A stretch of 38,550 bases of DNA, from the IMG/VR virus record IMGVR_UViG_3300014202_000110, positions 1-38,550 of that record; one strand, 5' to 3'. The notes under the pieces are model-generated. The model was not told where the DNA came from. It searched no databases and saw nothing but the letters and a program-made list of their open reading frames with translations. Source of the DNA: a virus (lineage: Duplodnaviria > Caudoviricetes). Made by a program: the position numbers and the translations under genes. This document shows, piece by piece, positions 17,674-27,164 of the stretch (its first letter is position 1; each line of letters opens with the position of its first letter).

Positions 17674-19014
17674 TCATTTCAGTTCTTCCATAGCAATGTC
17701 GGATATAGCCCGCTTGTCGTGCAAGGCGCCCCAGATACGGTCATCAATAGTGTTGTTCGTAAGCAACACGTAATTCCACACCTCATGCTTTTGGCCGCTA
17801 CGGTGCAGGCGCCCGATCGTCTGCTCGTAGAGTTCTAGCGACCACGGCAACGATAGCCAGACGATCCGGCAGCCGCCATGCTGCAGGTTCAGCCCGTGGC
17901 CGGCAGACTTGGGGTGTAGCAGCAGCAGCTCAATCTGGCCCGTGTTCCAACGGTCAATCACGTTGGCGTCATCTAACGTCTGAGCGTCGGGGTATTTAGC
18001 CTTTAGCTGGGCTAGTTCCTCTTTAAAGTTGTACGCGACGATCGTATTGGCGTGCTGGTTCTCAGACAGCAGCTCATCCAGCAAGTCGAACTTGTGAGTG
18101 CTAAACCACACGGGGCGCTGCGTGACGATAAACTTACCAGGCACGTCAGGGTTGGGGCGCCGTTGCGTGTCGTACACAAAGCCAGCGGCCATTTGGGATA
18201 GCTTACCTGTTACCACGGCGGCGTTTGCGGCAATGGCTGTGGCGTCAGGAAACTGCACAACAAAGTCGCGTTTCATCTTCTCATACGGTGTCCGATCCGG
18301 CATGTCGCACCGTAATTCCACGGTGTTAAGCGGCGGCAAGGTGTCCTTATAGACGCCAGCATCTAGTAAAAACGTGGCCGGCTTAATCCGCGCCATGACC
18401 TGCTCTAGCGCGCCTGGCGCGGGTATCCACTGCCCGTGCTCACGGCTCAGACAGATAAAATATTGCTGCAAAAACGCCCCCTTAGCGCGGCCTAACAGCG
18501 TCTGGTCAACGATCTTGCACTGCCCAAAGGTGTCCTCTAACCCGTTACTGGTAAAGCTGCCGGTCAACCCCCAGCGTATGCGCACTGCGTCTATCTTCTT
18601 CCATAAGGCTTTGAAGCGCTTGCCCGACGGGTCTTTTAGTCGTGTCAGCTCATCGAACACAATCGCGTCAAAGTTCCACCGCTGCTCGCACAGCCACTGG
18701 ATGTTGTCGTAGTTAGTGACGACCACCTGCGCGGTAGAGGCAAGCGCAGCCGCCCGTTTAGCGGCAGTTCCCACGGCTACAGCCATCGTGAGGTTAGGCG
18801 CCCACTTGTCGCGCTCAGTCGGCCAGACGTCCTTACAGACCCGCAATGGGGCTAGCACAAGGAACCGTTTAGCGTGGCCATCGCGCAACATCTCGCTCAT
18901 GGCGGTTAGCGTAATGGCGGTCTTGCCGGCGCCCACGGGTGCCAACACCATCGCCCGATCGCGCTCATACAAAAAGTCACACGCGGCGTTCTGATACGGC
19001 CTTAATCCAAGCAT
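17674..19014 (-). CDS. SNF2-family helicase
   Basis: LRPYQ, Walker A APVGAGKT, FDEL, GLTGS, HGLNLQ, QTIGRLHRSGQ. Confidence 0.93.
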   Translation of the reverse strand: MLGLRPYQNAACDFLYERDRAMVLAPVGAGKTAITLTAMSEMLRDGHAKRFLVLAPLRVCKDVWPTERDKWAPNLTMAVAVGTAAKRAAALASTAQVVVTNYDNIQWLCEQRWNFDAIVFDELTRLKDPSGKRFKALWKKIDAVRIRWGLTGSFTSNGLEDTFGQCKIVDQTLLGRAKGAFLQQYFICLSREHGQWIPAPGALEQVMARIKPATFLLDAGVYKDTLPPLNTVELRCDMPDRTPYEKMKRDFVVQFPDATAIAANAAVVTGKLSQMAAGFVYDTQRRPNPDVPGKFIVTQRPVWFSTHKFDLLDELLSENQHANTIVAYNFKEELAQLKAKYPDAQTLDDANVIDRWNTGQIELLLLHPKSAGHGLNLQHGGCRIVWLSLPWSLELYEQTIGRLHRSGQKHEVWNYVLLTNNTIDDRIWGALHDKRAISDIAMEELK

Positions 19015-19264
19015 CTACCATTTCCTTTGACCAAAGACATGCGTACTTCTGATTTAAAACTTTCATCTCCTTAGCAAATAGCTGCTGCAGTTCGGAAAGC
19101 CTGCCCTGCGGGCGTTTTAATTCTATAAACCACGTCTGGCCGTCCGGCATACACACCACCCGATCGGCTACACCGCGCTGCGAGGGCGAGGCGAACTTAT
19201 ACGCCATGCCGCCTGCAGTCTCTACGTGCCAGACTAAATACTTCTCGATTTCTTTTTCTAACAT
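18977..19264 (-). CDS. VRR-NUC domain nuclease
   Basis: EKEIE...GVADR...FIELKRPQGRLSELQ. Confidence 0.9.
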   Translation of the reverse strand: MLEKEIEKYLVWHVETAGGMAYKFASPSQRGVADRVVCMPDGQTWFIELKRPQGRLSELQQLFAKEMKVLNQKYACLWSKEMVDAWIKAVSERRV

Positions 19265-19270
19265 ATTTTT

Positions 19271-19320
19271 ATTCTACCCTGTTAAAAACTTCTTGACAAC
19301 CCTTTTGCATATGATATTAT
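19271..19320. promoter_or_regulatory. Overlapping divergent sigma70-type promoters
   Basis: Plus: TTGACA (19293-98), 16 bp, TATTAT (19315-20) with extended TG. Minus: TTGTCA (19299-94), 17 bp, TAGAAT (19276-71). Confidence 0.7.
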
Positions 19321-19352
19321 GAAATCTCTAAACAAGACAAGTGAGGGTAAAA

Positions 19353-20474
19353 ATGAAGCATTCAGTAATCGTTGGCGGCTCGACTGCAAGCCGCGTCATC
19401 AACTGTCCAGGCTCTGTGGCGCTAGTTGCCAAGATGCCACCAAAGCCATCAAGCAAAGACGCTGACACCGGCACCTTACTTCACGAGGTTATCGCTGATT
19501 TGGTAGGGACAGACAAATACCCGTATGATTTTATTGGCCGCAAGTATGAAGGCATTGAGCTGACAGAAGAATTAGTAGAGGACAAGCTAATTCCTGCGTT
19601 AAAACTATTTGAAGAAGTGGATACGAATTATGAAATGGCGTTCATGGTGGAACAAAAAGTGGGGTTTAACGACCTACTTACTGGCGTGTTTGGCTCTTGT
19701 GATGTTCTGGGTAGGCTTGGGGGCACTGCTGTGGTTCTTGATTGGAAGTTTGGTTCAGGCGTTGCGGTAGACGCTGAAAACAATTATCAGCTAATGTTTT
19801 ACGCCCGTGCTGCAATGCACACCGAGGCGACCAAATGGGTCTTTGAAGGCGCAAAAGAAGTTGAGCTAGTCATCATTCAGCCGCCGTATATTAAGCGCTG
19901 GAAAACCACTATTGACCGCTTGGTTGAGTTTGAGCAAGAGTTAGTGCGGGCGGTTAACTTAGCGACCGAGACTGACGCACCGCTTAAAGCAGGCAGCCAT
20001 TGCCGGTGGTGCGCGGCTAAGCCCGTCTGCCCGCAGATGACGGGTGCAGTAGACCGCGCGTTAAAGGTGCAGCTTGATAACTTACCCGCTAGTCATATAG
20101 GCGTGTATCTGACGCAGGCTAATTTACTTGAAGAATGGATTACAGATTTACGGGCGCTTGCCCACAAAATGATAGAGAATGACACTCCCGTGCCTGGCTG
20201 GAAGTTAGTTGGTAAACGCGCTACTCGCCAGTGGACGGATAACAAGGCGGCTGAAAAATTTTTATTAGAGCAAAAAATTAACCCGTACAAAGATCCCGAG
20301 TTGCTATCGCCCGCAGGGGCTGAGAAGCTACTTAAAAAGCGCAAGGTGGCATTGCCCGATGAGCTTATTGTGGCAGTGTCGTCAGGCAGCACGTTAGCGC
20401 CGGAGAGTGATTCTCGGCCTGCCGTGTTAAACGTGGGCAAGCAGTTAACGCAAGCCCTTTCTAAACTAGTGTAA
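19353..20474 (+). CDS. Cas4-like PD-(D/E)XK exonuclease (DUF2800-like)
   Basis: CPGS, GTLLHE, FGSCD, LDWKFG, QLMFY, C-terminal CRWC....C; ATG 19353 has a GAGGG RBS. Confidence 0.88.
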   Translation: MKHSVIVGGSTASRVINCPGSVALVAKMPPKPSSKDADTGTLLHEVIADLVGTDKYPYDFIGRKYEGIELTEELVEDKLIPALKLFEEVDTNYEMAFMVEQKVGFNDLLTGVFGSCDVLGRLGGTAVVLDWKFGSGVAVDAENNYQLMFYARAAMHTEATKWVFEGAKEVELVIIQPPYIKRWKTTIDRLVEFEQELVRAVNLATETDAPLKAGSHCRWCAAKPVCPQMTGAVDRALKVQLDNLPASHIGVYLTQANLLEEWITDLRALAHKMIENDTPVPGWKLVGKRATRQWTDNKAAEKFLLEQKINPYKDPELLSPAGAEKLLKKRKVALPDELIVAVSSGSTLAPESDSRPAVLNVGKQLTQALSKLV

Positions 20475-20485
20475 AGGAAACAAAA

Positions 20486-21148
20486 ATGTCAAATCTCGTA
20501 ACGTTCAATACAGCCAATCTGCCTGCAGTTCAGTCCTTGTCAACGGCACTTCGGTCAATTCAAAGTGAAGTAGGGCCAGTAGGTTCAGTAATTTTAAAGA
20601 TGGATAAAGCAGGCTACTGGGTCTATGGCGCCGATCAAACTGAAGTTGATGACGATGCAACATGGGCTGTTAACCCGTTCTCGTTCACCCACGGCTTTAT
20701 TGCGTGGGGTGATGGTGAGGTGCTAGCTGAGAAGGTGGTGTCAGTATCGCAACCACTGCCTGAGCTTGAGGCCGCACCGCCTAACGCCAAGAAAGGCTGG
20801 GAAACGCAAGTGGGCATGTCGCTAAAATGCCTGACCGGCGAAGACAAAAACATGGAGGCTCGTTTTACAACGACATCCGTGGGCGGCAAGCGTGCTGTGC
20901 AGGCGTTGGCTGTCGCAATCGCTGAGCAGGTAGAAAAGGATCAGGCTAAACCCGTGCCTGTCATTCGTCTGAAGAAAGATCATTACCAGCATAAGTCTTA
21001 CGGCAAGATTTTTACGCCGGTGTTTGAGGTGATCGAGTGGGTCGCTATGACCGGCGAATCAGATACGGCCGCAAGCGATGAAGCTGCAGATGAGCCAGCA
21101 GAGCCGCAAGCTGACCAAGCTGTACGTCGTCGTCGTCGCGCAGCCTAA
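20486..21148 (+). CDS. Putative single-stranded DNA-binding/annealing protein
   Basis: Between exonuclease and polymerase; YQHKSYGKIFTPVF...W; acidic C-terminal region. Confidence 0.55.
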   Translation: MSNLVTFNTANLPAVQSLSTALRSIQSEVGPVGSVILKMDKAGYWVYGADQTEVDDDATWAVNPFSFTHGFIAWGDGEVLAEKVVSVSQPLPELEAAPPNAKKGWETQVGMSLKCLTGEDKNMEARFTTTSVGGKRAVQALAVAIAEQVEKDQAKPVPVIRLKKDHYQHKSYGKIFTPVFEVIEWVAMTGESDTAASDEAADEPAEPQADQAVRRRRRAA

Positions 21149-21158
21149 GAAAGGGGAT

Positions 21159-21193
21159 AAAGCAGGGGGCCGAAAGGTTCTCTGCTTTTTTAT
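21159..21193 (+). terminator. Rho-independent terminator/attenuator before the polymerase gene
   Basis: AAGCAGGGGGCC-GAAA-GGTTCTCTGCTT stem then TTTT. Confidence 0.75.
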
Positions 21194-21199
21194 TACAAA

Positions 21200-23170
21200 A
21201 TGCTTTGGCTTGACTACGAATCAAAAAGCGAGTGCGACCTTATATCGCGCGGCTCGTATAACTACAGCCTGCACCCGTCTACCAAGATGCTATGCGCAGC
21301 CTATGCGTTTGATGATGAGGACGTGCAGTTATGGTGGGGCCATGAGCCGGTGCCTGCTAGGCTAAAAGACTACTTTGCATCTGGCGGTCAGATCCGCGCT
21401 CACAATGCTAGCTTCGATCGTCTGCTGACATGGCACGTCGTCTGCCCTGACTATGACCTGCCCGTGCCGGCGCTTGATCGCTGGTACTGCACGGCGGCCC
21501 AAGCGCGGTCAAACTGTGCACCTGGTAGCCTAGAAGATGTGGGCCGGTTTGCCTCAGTCAGTATGCGCAAAGATCATCGCGGTAAGCAACTGGTGCGCTT
21601 ATGCTGCCTGCCACCCTTTAGCCAAGACCCGAAGGTGTTAGCTGAGCTTGGCGAGTATGCCCTGCAAGACGTGCGGGCTATGCGGGCAATATCTAAGGCC
21701 ATGCGGGAGCTATCGGCTGAAGAATTGCTGGATTATCAAATAAACGAACGAATAAACGATCGCGGGTTGCTGATTGACGTGGATCTGTGCCGTGCTGCGG
21801 TGCGCTACGCGGCCCAAGAGCTGACCGAGATTGAGACGCTAGTTGACGAGGTGACAGAAGGCGAGATCGCCTCTGTGCGCAGCCCCAAGATGCGCGAGTG
21901 GGTGCTAGCACGTGTGGGCGATGAGGCTAAGGCCTTGATGCTTACCTATAAGGATGGCGAGGAAAAGTACAGCATTGATAAGACGGTGCGTGGGAACTTA
22001 TTGCTACTAGCTGAGGAAAACCCCGACCAAGTGCCGCCTGCCGTAGCCGATGTGATCCAGTGCGCAGACGACGCGTGGGCATCTAGCACCGCCAAGTTTA
22101 ACCGGCTAGCCAATCTAGCTGACGACGAAGATCAACGGGTGCGGGGCGCGTTCGTGTTCGCTGGCGGCTCTGCTACGGGGCGCTTGGCGTCTTATGGCGC
22201 TCAGGTGCACAACATGCCGCGCAAGACCGCTAAGGATCCCGCCGAAGTGCGGCAGGCGATGGTGCGTGGTCATGCGATCGTGCCTAAGTACGGGCGGCGG
22301 GTGACCGATGTGCTAAAGGGAATGCTACGCCCTGCGCTGGTGCCTGCGCCTGAGCATGTGTTGATTGTAGCGGATTGGGCGGCGATCGAGGCGCGCATGA
22401 ACCCGTGGCTTGCTAACCACCCGACATCAGAGGCTAAGCTAGACATCTTCCGATCGGGTCTGGACGTGTATAAGGCCGAGGCCAGTAAGCGTTTATCCAT
22501 ACCGATTGCCGACATCACGCCTGACGAGAGGCAGCTACAAAAGGTTATGGAGCTTGCCTGCGGCTACATGGGCGGCATCGGCGCGTTCACGGCTATGGGT
22601 CGCGTCTATGGCGTGTTGCTGCCCGAGGCCCAATCAAAGCGCATGGTGGACGCATGGCGGCGCGCTAACCCGTGGGCTGTGGCCTACTGGGGCGCGCTTG
22701 ACGGTGCGTATTTGAGGGCCATGCGCAACCCTAAGCGCGAGTTTACTGCTGGCCGTGTGACGTACCTCTTTGATGGTTTGCACCTATGGTACGCCCTGCC
22801 GTCTGGCCGTATTCTCTGCTATCCATACGCTAGACTTGATGCTGATGGGGTGTCGTACGCTAAGGCGTCATGGAAACCTGCCGCAGATGCTAAAGAGTGG
22901 CCACGGGCGCGGTTATGGCCTGGGCTAGCTGCTGAGAACATCTGCCAAGCGGCGGCCAATGACGTGTTACGTGTGGCGTTACGGAGGTTAGATCAGGACT
23001 ACAAGGTAATTGCCACGGTGCACGACGAGATCGTGCTAGAGGCACCAAAAGATCAGGCAGAGACAATCGCGCAGCAACTAAAAGACATTATGTGTGACCC
23101 GCCTGTGTGGGCTGAGGGTTTACCCTTAGACGCGGAGGTTAGTGTAATGAACCGTTATGGAAAGGGATAG
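21200..23170 (+). CDS. Family A DNA polymerase with 3'-5' exonuclease
   Basis: DYES and AHNASFD (exo), ATGRL, motif A DWAAIEAR, motif B RQLQKVMELACGY, motif C VHDEIV. Confidence 0.95.
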   Translation: MLWLDYESKSECDLISRGSYNYSLHPSTKMLCAAYAFDDEDVQLWWGHEPVPARLKDYFASGGQIRAHNASFDRLLTWHVVCPDYDLPVPALDRWYCTAAQARSNCAPGSLEDVGRFASVSMRKDHRGKQLVRLCCLPPFSQDPKVLAELGEYALQDVRAMRAISKAMRELSAEELLDYQINERINDRGLLIDVDLCRAAVRYAAQELTEIETLVDEVTEGEIASVRSPKMREWVLARVGDEAKALMLTYKDGEEKYSIDKTVRGNLLLLAEENPDQVPPAVADVIQCADDAWASSTAKFNRLANLADDEDQRVRGAFVFAGGSATGRLASYGAQVHNMPRKTAKDPAEVRQAMVRGHAIVPKYGRRVTDVLKGMLRPALVPAPEHVLIVADWAAIEARMNPWLANHPTSEAKLDIFRSGLDVYKAEASKRLSIPIADITPDERQLQKVMELACGYMGGIGAFTAMGRVYGVLLPEAQSKRMVDAWRRANPWAVAYWGALDGAYLRAMRNPKREFTAGRVTYLFDGLHLWYALPSGRILCYPYARLDADGVSYAKASWKPAADAKEWPRARLWPGLAAENICQAAANDVLRVALRRLDQDYKVIATVHDEIVLEAPKDQAETIAQQLKDIMCDPPVWAEGLPLDAEVSVMNRYGKG

Positions 23171-25501
23171 GTGGTGTTGATGATTAACCAGTCGCAATTT
23201 ATAGAATTTCTAACCAACTTGGCACCTGAGGGCGAGACGCTCTTGCTGGTGCGCCAAAAGCCCGTGTTAAAGGACGGGCAGATGCAATTTCACGCTGATG
23301 GTGCGGTCAAATGCACTTGGCCTGCTTTCCTGCCTACGGCTGCCAAGATAAAGGCTGGTCAGGCATGGTATGGCAACACGGCGTCTTTTATCGTCGATCG
23401 GTTTGAAGATGGCCGCGTGTCTGCCTCTGCCGCTAACGCTGAGTACGTGCTGTGCATGATGCTGGACGACGTGGGCACCAAGGCCAAAGTGCCCCCGATC
23501 GAGCCGACATGGAAGATGGAGACGTCTGCCGGCTCGTTTCAGTGGGGCTATGTGTTCTCTGACCAGCCAACTAAGGGCGAGTTTACTGCTGCCATGCGGG
23601 CGATCGCGGAAGCCGGCTACACCGATCCAGGTGCGACTAATGCCGTGCGCAACTTTAGACTGCCAGGCTCAGTGAACCTGAAACCCAACCGCAATGAGTT
23701 TGCCGCGCGGCTAGTCCAGTTCGATCCCGCCCGCGAGTTCACCCTAGCCGAGATCTGCACGGCGCTGGGGGTAACGGTCACTGAGGCTGACGGCGCTGGC
23801 GTTAAGCCAATCCGTGTCGCTGACACGGGCGGTGATGATGTCTTTGCATGGCTTGCCGATCAAGGCATGGTGCTAAGTAAACCTAACGGTGAGGGCTGGG
23901 CTGGGATCGTCTGCCCAAACTCTGAGCAGCACACCGATGGGAACGTCGAAGGGCGCTACATGCCTCTAACCCGATCCTATTGCTGCCTGCACTCACACTG
24001 CATCGAGTTCGGCTCTGTTCAATTTTTAGAGTGGGTCGCCAATAATGGCGGGCCAAAGCAGGGGCATGGCCTGCGGGATGACCTGATCGCGGCCACGATG
24101 GACGCGGCGCTATCAAAGCTAAAGCCGTCTGACTTTTTTTCTGAGGACGCGGCCAAGGTGATCGAGGAAGTCGAGCAAAAAGAGATGGGGCGCGTGGATA
24201 AGGCGAGCTGGTATGAGCGCTTTGCCTATGTGCAGGAGGATGATTCTTATTTTGACATGCAGACGCGGCGCGAGATTAGCCGGTCAACCTTTAACGCTAT
24301 CTTTCGCCATGTCCCCTGCATGTCGATCCACGGCAAGCGCCCCCGCATTGAGGCTGCCACCTGCTTTGACGAGAACCGGCAGGCAATGGGCGCAAAGTGC
24401 ATGGTGGGTGTGACCTACGCTGCTGGCGAGTCTGTGCTTGTGGCGCGGGATGGTGACGTGTACGGCAACCGCTGGCGTGACGCACGGCCTAAGGTCGCGC
24501 CTCCTGCTGATGAGAGCGAGATCGCCCCGTGGCTTGACCACTGCCGCCTGCTTGTGCCTGATGACGCTGAGCGAGAGCACCTCTTTAACGTCATGGCGTT
24601 TAAGGTGCAGCACCCTGAAATCAAGATAAACCACGCTGTCCTGCATGGCGGCACTCAGGGCTGTGGTAAGGACACCTTCTGGGCACCGTTTATTTACGCT
24701 GTCTGTGGGCCTGGGCTAAAGAATAGGGGTCTGCTTGATAACGATACGATGGGATCCCAATGGGGTTACGCCCTTGAATCTGAGATCCTGATCCTGAACG
24801 AGTTAAAAGAACCCGAGGCCAGAGAGCGCCGCGCGTTAGCCAATAGGCTTAAGCCCATCATCGCCGCGCCCCCTGAGATGCTATCAATCAACCGTAAGGG
24901 CTTGCACCCGTATGATATGGCCAATCGCGTGTTTGTCATGGCCTTTACCAACGATCAAGTACCGATCTCGCTTGATTCCCAAGACCGGCGCTGGTTCTGC
25001 ATCTGGTCTGCTGCGCCCCGTATGGACGAGAAAAAGGCCCGCGCGCTGTGGGACTGGTACAGGGCTGGCGGCTTTGCTGCCTGCGCGGGTTGGTTGTCTG
25101 CCCGCGACGTGTCTGCCTTTAACCCTGCCGCCGCGCCTGCCTGGACTGAATTTAAGCATAACCTTGTTGAACACTCTATGAGTGCGGCTGAATCCTATCT
25201 GGTCGATTTACTTAAGACCCGTGCGGGTGAGTTTGCTTCTGGCGTTGTCGGATCCCCATTCCATCGCCTGATTGACCGCCTGCAGGGTTCTGCCCCGTCT
25301 GGCGTTAAGGTGTACCAAGGTGCGCTACTGCACGCGTTATCGGAGGCGGGGTGGATTGATAAAGGGCGTATTAAATCTCGTCGCCATGACAGTAAAAAGC
25401 ACGTTTTCTGCCACCCTGATCTGATAGATATGAGCAATACAGAGCTAAGGGATGCCGTAGAGGATACGCCCGCGCCGCGAATGGCGCTAGTTAAAGGCTG
25501 A
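23171..25501 (+). CDS. Primase-helicase (RepB-like primase, Zn-binding region, SF3-type NTPase)
   Basis: LDDVG, ETSAGSFQWGY, RNFRLPGS; CP....H and CLHSHC; Walker A GTQGCGKD; DRRW. Confidence 0.88.
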   Translation: MVLMINQSQFIEFLTNLAPEGETLLLVRQKPVLKDGQMQFHADGAVKCTWPAFLPTAAKIKAGQAWYGNTASFIVDRFEDGRVSASAANAEYVLCMMLDDVGTKAKVPPIEPTWKMETSAGSFQWGYVFSDQPTKGEFTAAMRAIAEAGYTDPGATNAVRNFRLPGSVNLKPNRNEFAARLVQFDPAREFTLAEICTALGVTVTEADGAGVKPIRVADTGGDDVFAWLADQGMVLSKPNGEGWAGIVCPNSEQHTDGNVEGRYMPLTRSYCCLHSHCIEFGSVQFLEWVANNGGPKQGHGLRDDLIAATMDAALSKLKPSDFFSEDAAKVIEEVEQKEMGRVDKASWYERFAYVQEDDSYFDMQTRREISRSTFNAIFRHVPCMSIHGKRPRIEAATCFDENRQAMGAKCMVGVTYAAGESVLVARDGDVYGNRWRDARPKVAPPADESEIAPWLDHCRLLVPDDAEREHLFNVMAFKVQHPEIKINHAVLHGGTQGCGKDTFWAPFIYAVCGPGLKNRGLLDNDTMGSQWGYALESEILILNELKEPEARERRALANRLKPIIAAPPEMLSINRKGLHPYDMANRVFVMAFTNDQVPISLDSQDRRWFCIWSAAPRMDEKKARALWDWYRAGGFAACAGWLSARDVSAFNPAAAPAWTEFKHNLVEHSMSAAESYLVDLLKTRAGEFASGVVGSPFHRLIDRLQGSAPSGVKVYQGALLHALSEAGWIDKGRIKSRRHDSKKHVFCHPDLIDMSNTELRDAVEDTPAPRMALVKG

Positions 25502-25510
25502 CAGAGGCAT

Positions 25511-25542
25511 AAAAAAACCCCCTGCCTTATGAGCAGGGGGTT
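25511..25542 (-). terminator. Terminator between convergent operons (probably bidirectional)
   Basis: A7-CCCCCTGC-loop-GCAGGGGG-TT. Confidence 0.8.
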
Positions 25543-25651
25543 CTAAACGCGGCCTTTTTACGTGGAGGGGAGGAGGCGGCCGCGTGGCGTTGACCTTATA
25601 AGTCTAGCAGGATTATAAGCAACGCCGCAACCCCCGCAATGATGACGAAAG

Positions 25652-25951
25652 TCAATCGGCCACCTCCATCAATAGCTCAGGCTCTGAGGCGTCATAAACG
25701 GGCGCAGGTAAGGGTGAGAGCGTGCCCCCATAATGCGCGTGGAAGCTCTCAAGGCTAAAGCCGTTATCGACCCAATACTGACGGATATAAGACAGCGTAG
25801 ACGTCTCACCCACCCTGAAAATGGGGAACTTGCGCGCGTCTGGCTTCTGGCGTGTCATTTTAGGCTTAGCCTTGGCGGCCTTCATCAACGCGGCTAAGTC
25901 TCTATCAGGCTTTAGGGTGAATTGGGTTCCGGCAATAGTTAACTTTTGCAT
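25652..25951 (-). CDS. Hypothetical early protein
   Basis: 99 aa, leader AAAGGAAACTAAGCCATG. Confidence 0.7.
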   Translation of the reverse strand: MQKLTIAGTQFTLKPDRDLAALMKAAKAKPKMTRQKPDARKFPIFRVGETSTLSYIRQYWVDNGFSLESFHAHYGGTLSPLPAPVYDASEPELLMEVAD

Positions 25952-25954
25952 GGC

Positions 25955-26200
25955 TTAGTTTCCTTTAGGCTCGTTGGGTAAAGTTTGAGCTAATTTCTTG
26001 GTAACGTTGCAGGCTGAAAACGGCCATTTCCCCTCGCTTGCGCGGCCGTAAGCAACGGCAAAAAAACCGTTTTCTAAGTGCCCTTCAATAACTGAGCATT
26101 TTCTTTTATTAGGGTAAAGGCTAAAAAATTTCTCTGCCGCTTGCCTTGCGGTGGTAGCGGTGGCGGTGCACCCGCTAGCGTATGCTTGAAAGGCTTTCAT
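25955..26200 (-). CDS. Hypothetical early protein
   Basis: 81 aa, leader AAAGGAAACTAAACCATG. Confidence 0.7.
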   Translation of the reverse strand: MKAFQAYASGCTATATTARQAAEKFFSLYPNKRKCSVIEGHLENGFFAVAYGRASEGKWPFSACNVTKKLAQTLPNEPKGN

Positions 26201-26226
26201 GGTTTAGTTTCCTTTAAATTAGCGGG

Positions 26227-26385
26227 CTAGAATGCGCCGAAGATAAAAAAGACGATCAAATATAGGGCAAGTCCAGCCAATAGCGCCGTGGCCCAAAAAA
26301 TCAGCCCTTCCCCTGGCGGCATGGCGTGGCGTCGCTTAGCAAATAGGCGTCGGTTTTTTAACTCTTGGATTTCGGTTCGGTTCAT
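26227..26385 (-). CDS. Small membrane protein (52 aa, not in the ORF track)
   Basis: Manual translation MNRTEIQELK...LIFWATALLAGLALYLIVFFIFGAF; AAGGA RBS. Confidence 0.55.
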   Translation of the reverse strand: MNRTEIQELKNRRLFAKRRHAMPPGEGLIFWATALLAGLALYLIVFFIFGAF

Positions 26386-26408
26386 TGTGCGGTGTCCTTT
26401 CCTTTAGA

Positions 26409-26894
26409 TTAGTTAAACCAACGCGCGGCCAAAGTGCGGCCAAGTTCCCGTTTGGCGTTAGCCCTGATTGCGTCGCCTATTGTCTGGCCTGATCCGTCCA
26501 ACGGTTCGCGGGTATCTTCGCGCAATCGCGCCCATATGGCGGAGGCAAGAACGGCGGCAGCCGCGCGCCTATATTCCGTGGGCCAGTATTGCCCGACGCA
26601 ATAATCAATAATGAAAACGCCATGGGCGGGTTCAGTTATGGTCAAACGGCCACTAAACGCGTCCCGACTAGCTGCGATAATGTCATCGGCCGTGATCGAA
26701 TCCCGACGGGCGCAATAGCTAAGCAAGGCCTGCGCGTCGCGCTTGTCCTTTGTGATCGAGCGCGCTTCCTTAAAATAGGCCGCGCGGCCGTCTTTATCGT
26801 CCCATGATTGGATGTAATCGCGCGGGTCTAGCCCTGGGCGCTTATTGATCCACGATTGCAGGGCTTGAATGATTGAGTATTTTCTATCGTTCAT
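26409..26894 (-). CDS. Hypothetical early protein
   Basis: 161 aa, same leader; YCVGQYWPTEYR motif. Confidence 0.75.
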   Translation of the reverse strand: MNDRKYSIIQALQSWINKRPGLDPRDYIQSWDDKDGRAAYFKEARSITKDKRDAQALLSYCARRDSITADDIIAASRDAFSGRLTITEPAHGVFIIDYCVGQYWPTEYRRAAAAVLASAIWARLREDTREPLDGSGQTIGDAIRANAKRELGRTLAARWFN

Positions 26895-26909
26895 GGTTTA
26901 GTTTCCTTT

Positions 26910-27050
26910 TCAGAATTCGTTATCAAGGGCGCTTTTTAGCGCGTCATAATCTTTGGCCATTAGCGCGGCGAATACAGCGTCATTCTCAAGGGCTAGCGCA
27001 GGATCAATCAGGCGCTCAAGGCATAAAACCATAAATTCATGTGCGGTCAT
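26910..27050 (-). CDS. Hypothetical protein (46 aa, not in the ORF track)
   Basis: MTAHEFMVLCLERLIDPALALEND...; AGGAG RBS. Confidence 0.55.
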   Translation of the reverse strand: MTAHEFMVLCLERLIDPALALENDAVFAALMAKDYDALKSALDNEF

Positions 27051-27095
27051 TTTCAAAGCTCCTAAAAAGTGATTTATTGAGTGACTACAAAACGA

Positions 27096-27124
27096 AAGAT
27101 ACAGGAATCAGACAATTAGTGCAA
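27096..27124 (-). promoter_or_regulatory. Putative leftward early promoter
   Basis: TTGCAC, 17 bp, TATCTT upstream of the small-gene cluster. Confidence 0.45.
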
Positions 27125-27164
27125 GGGATTGTTTTACATTTCCTTACAAGTTTAGGGGTTAATT

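Noticed and set aside
19353-20474. Cas4-like gene as part of a CRISPR system
   Set aside because: No array or other cas genes; this family is common in phage replication modules.
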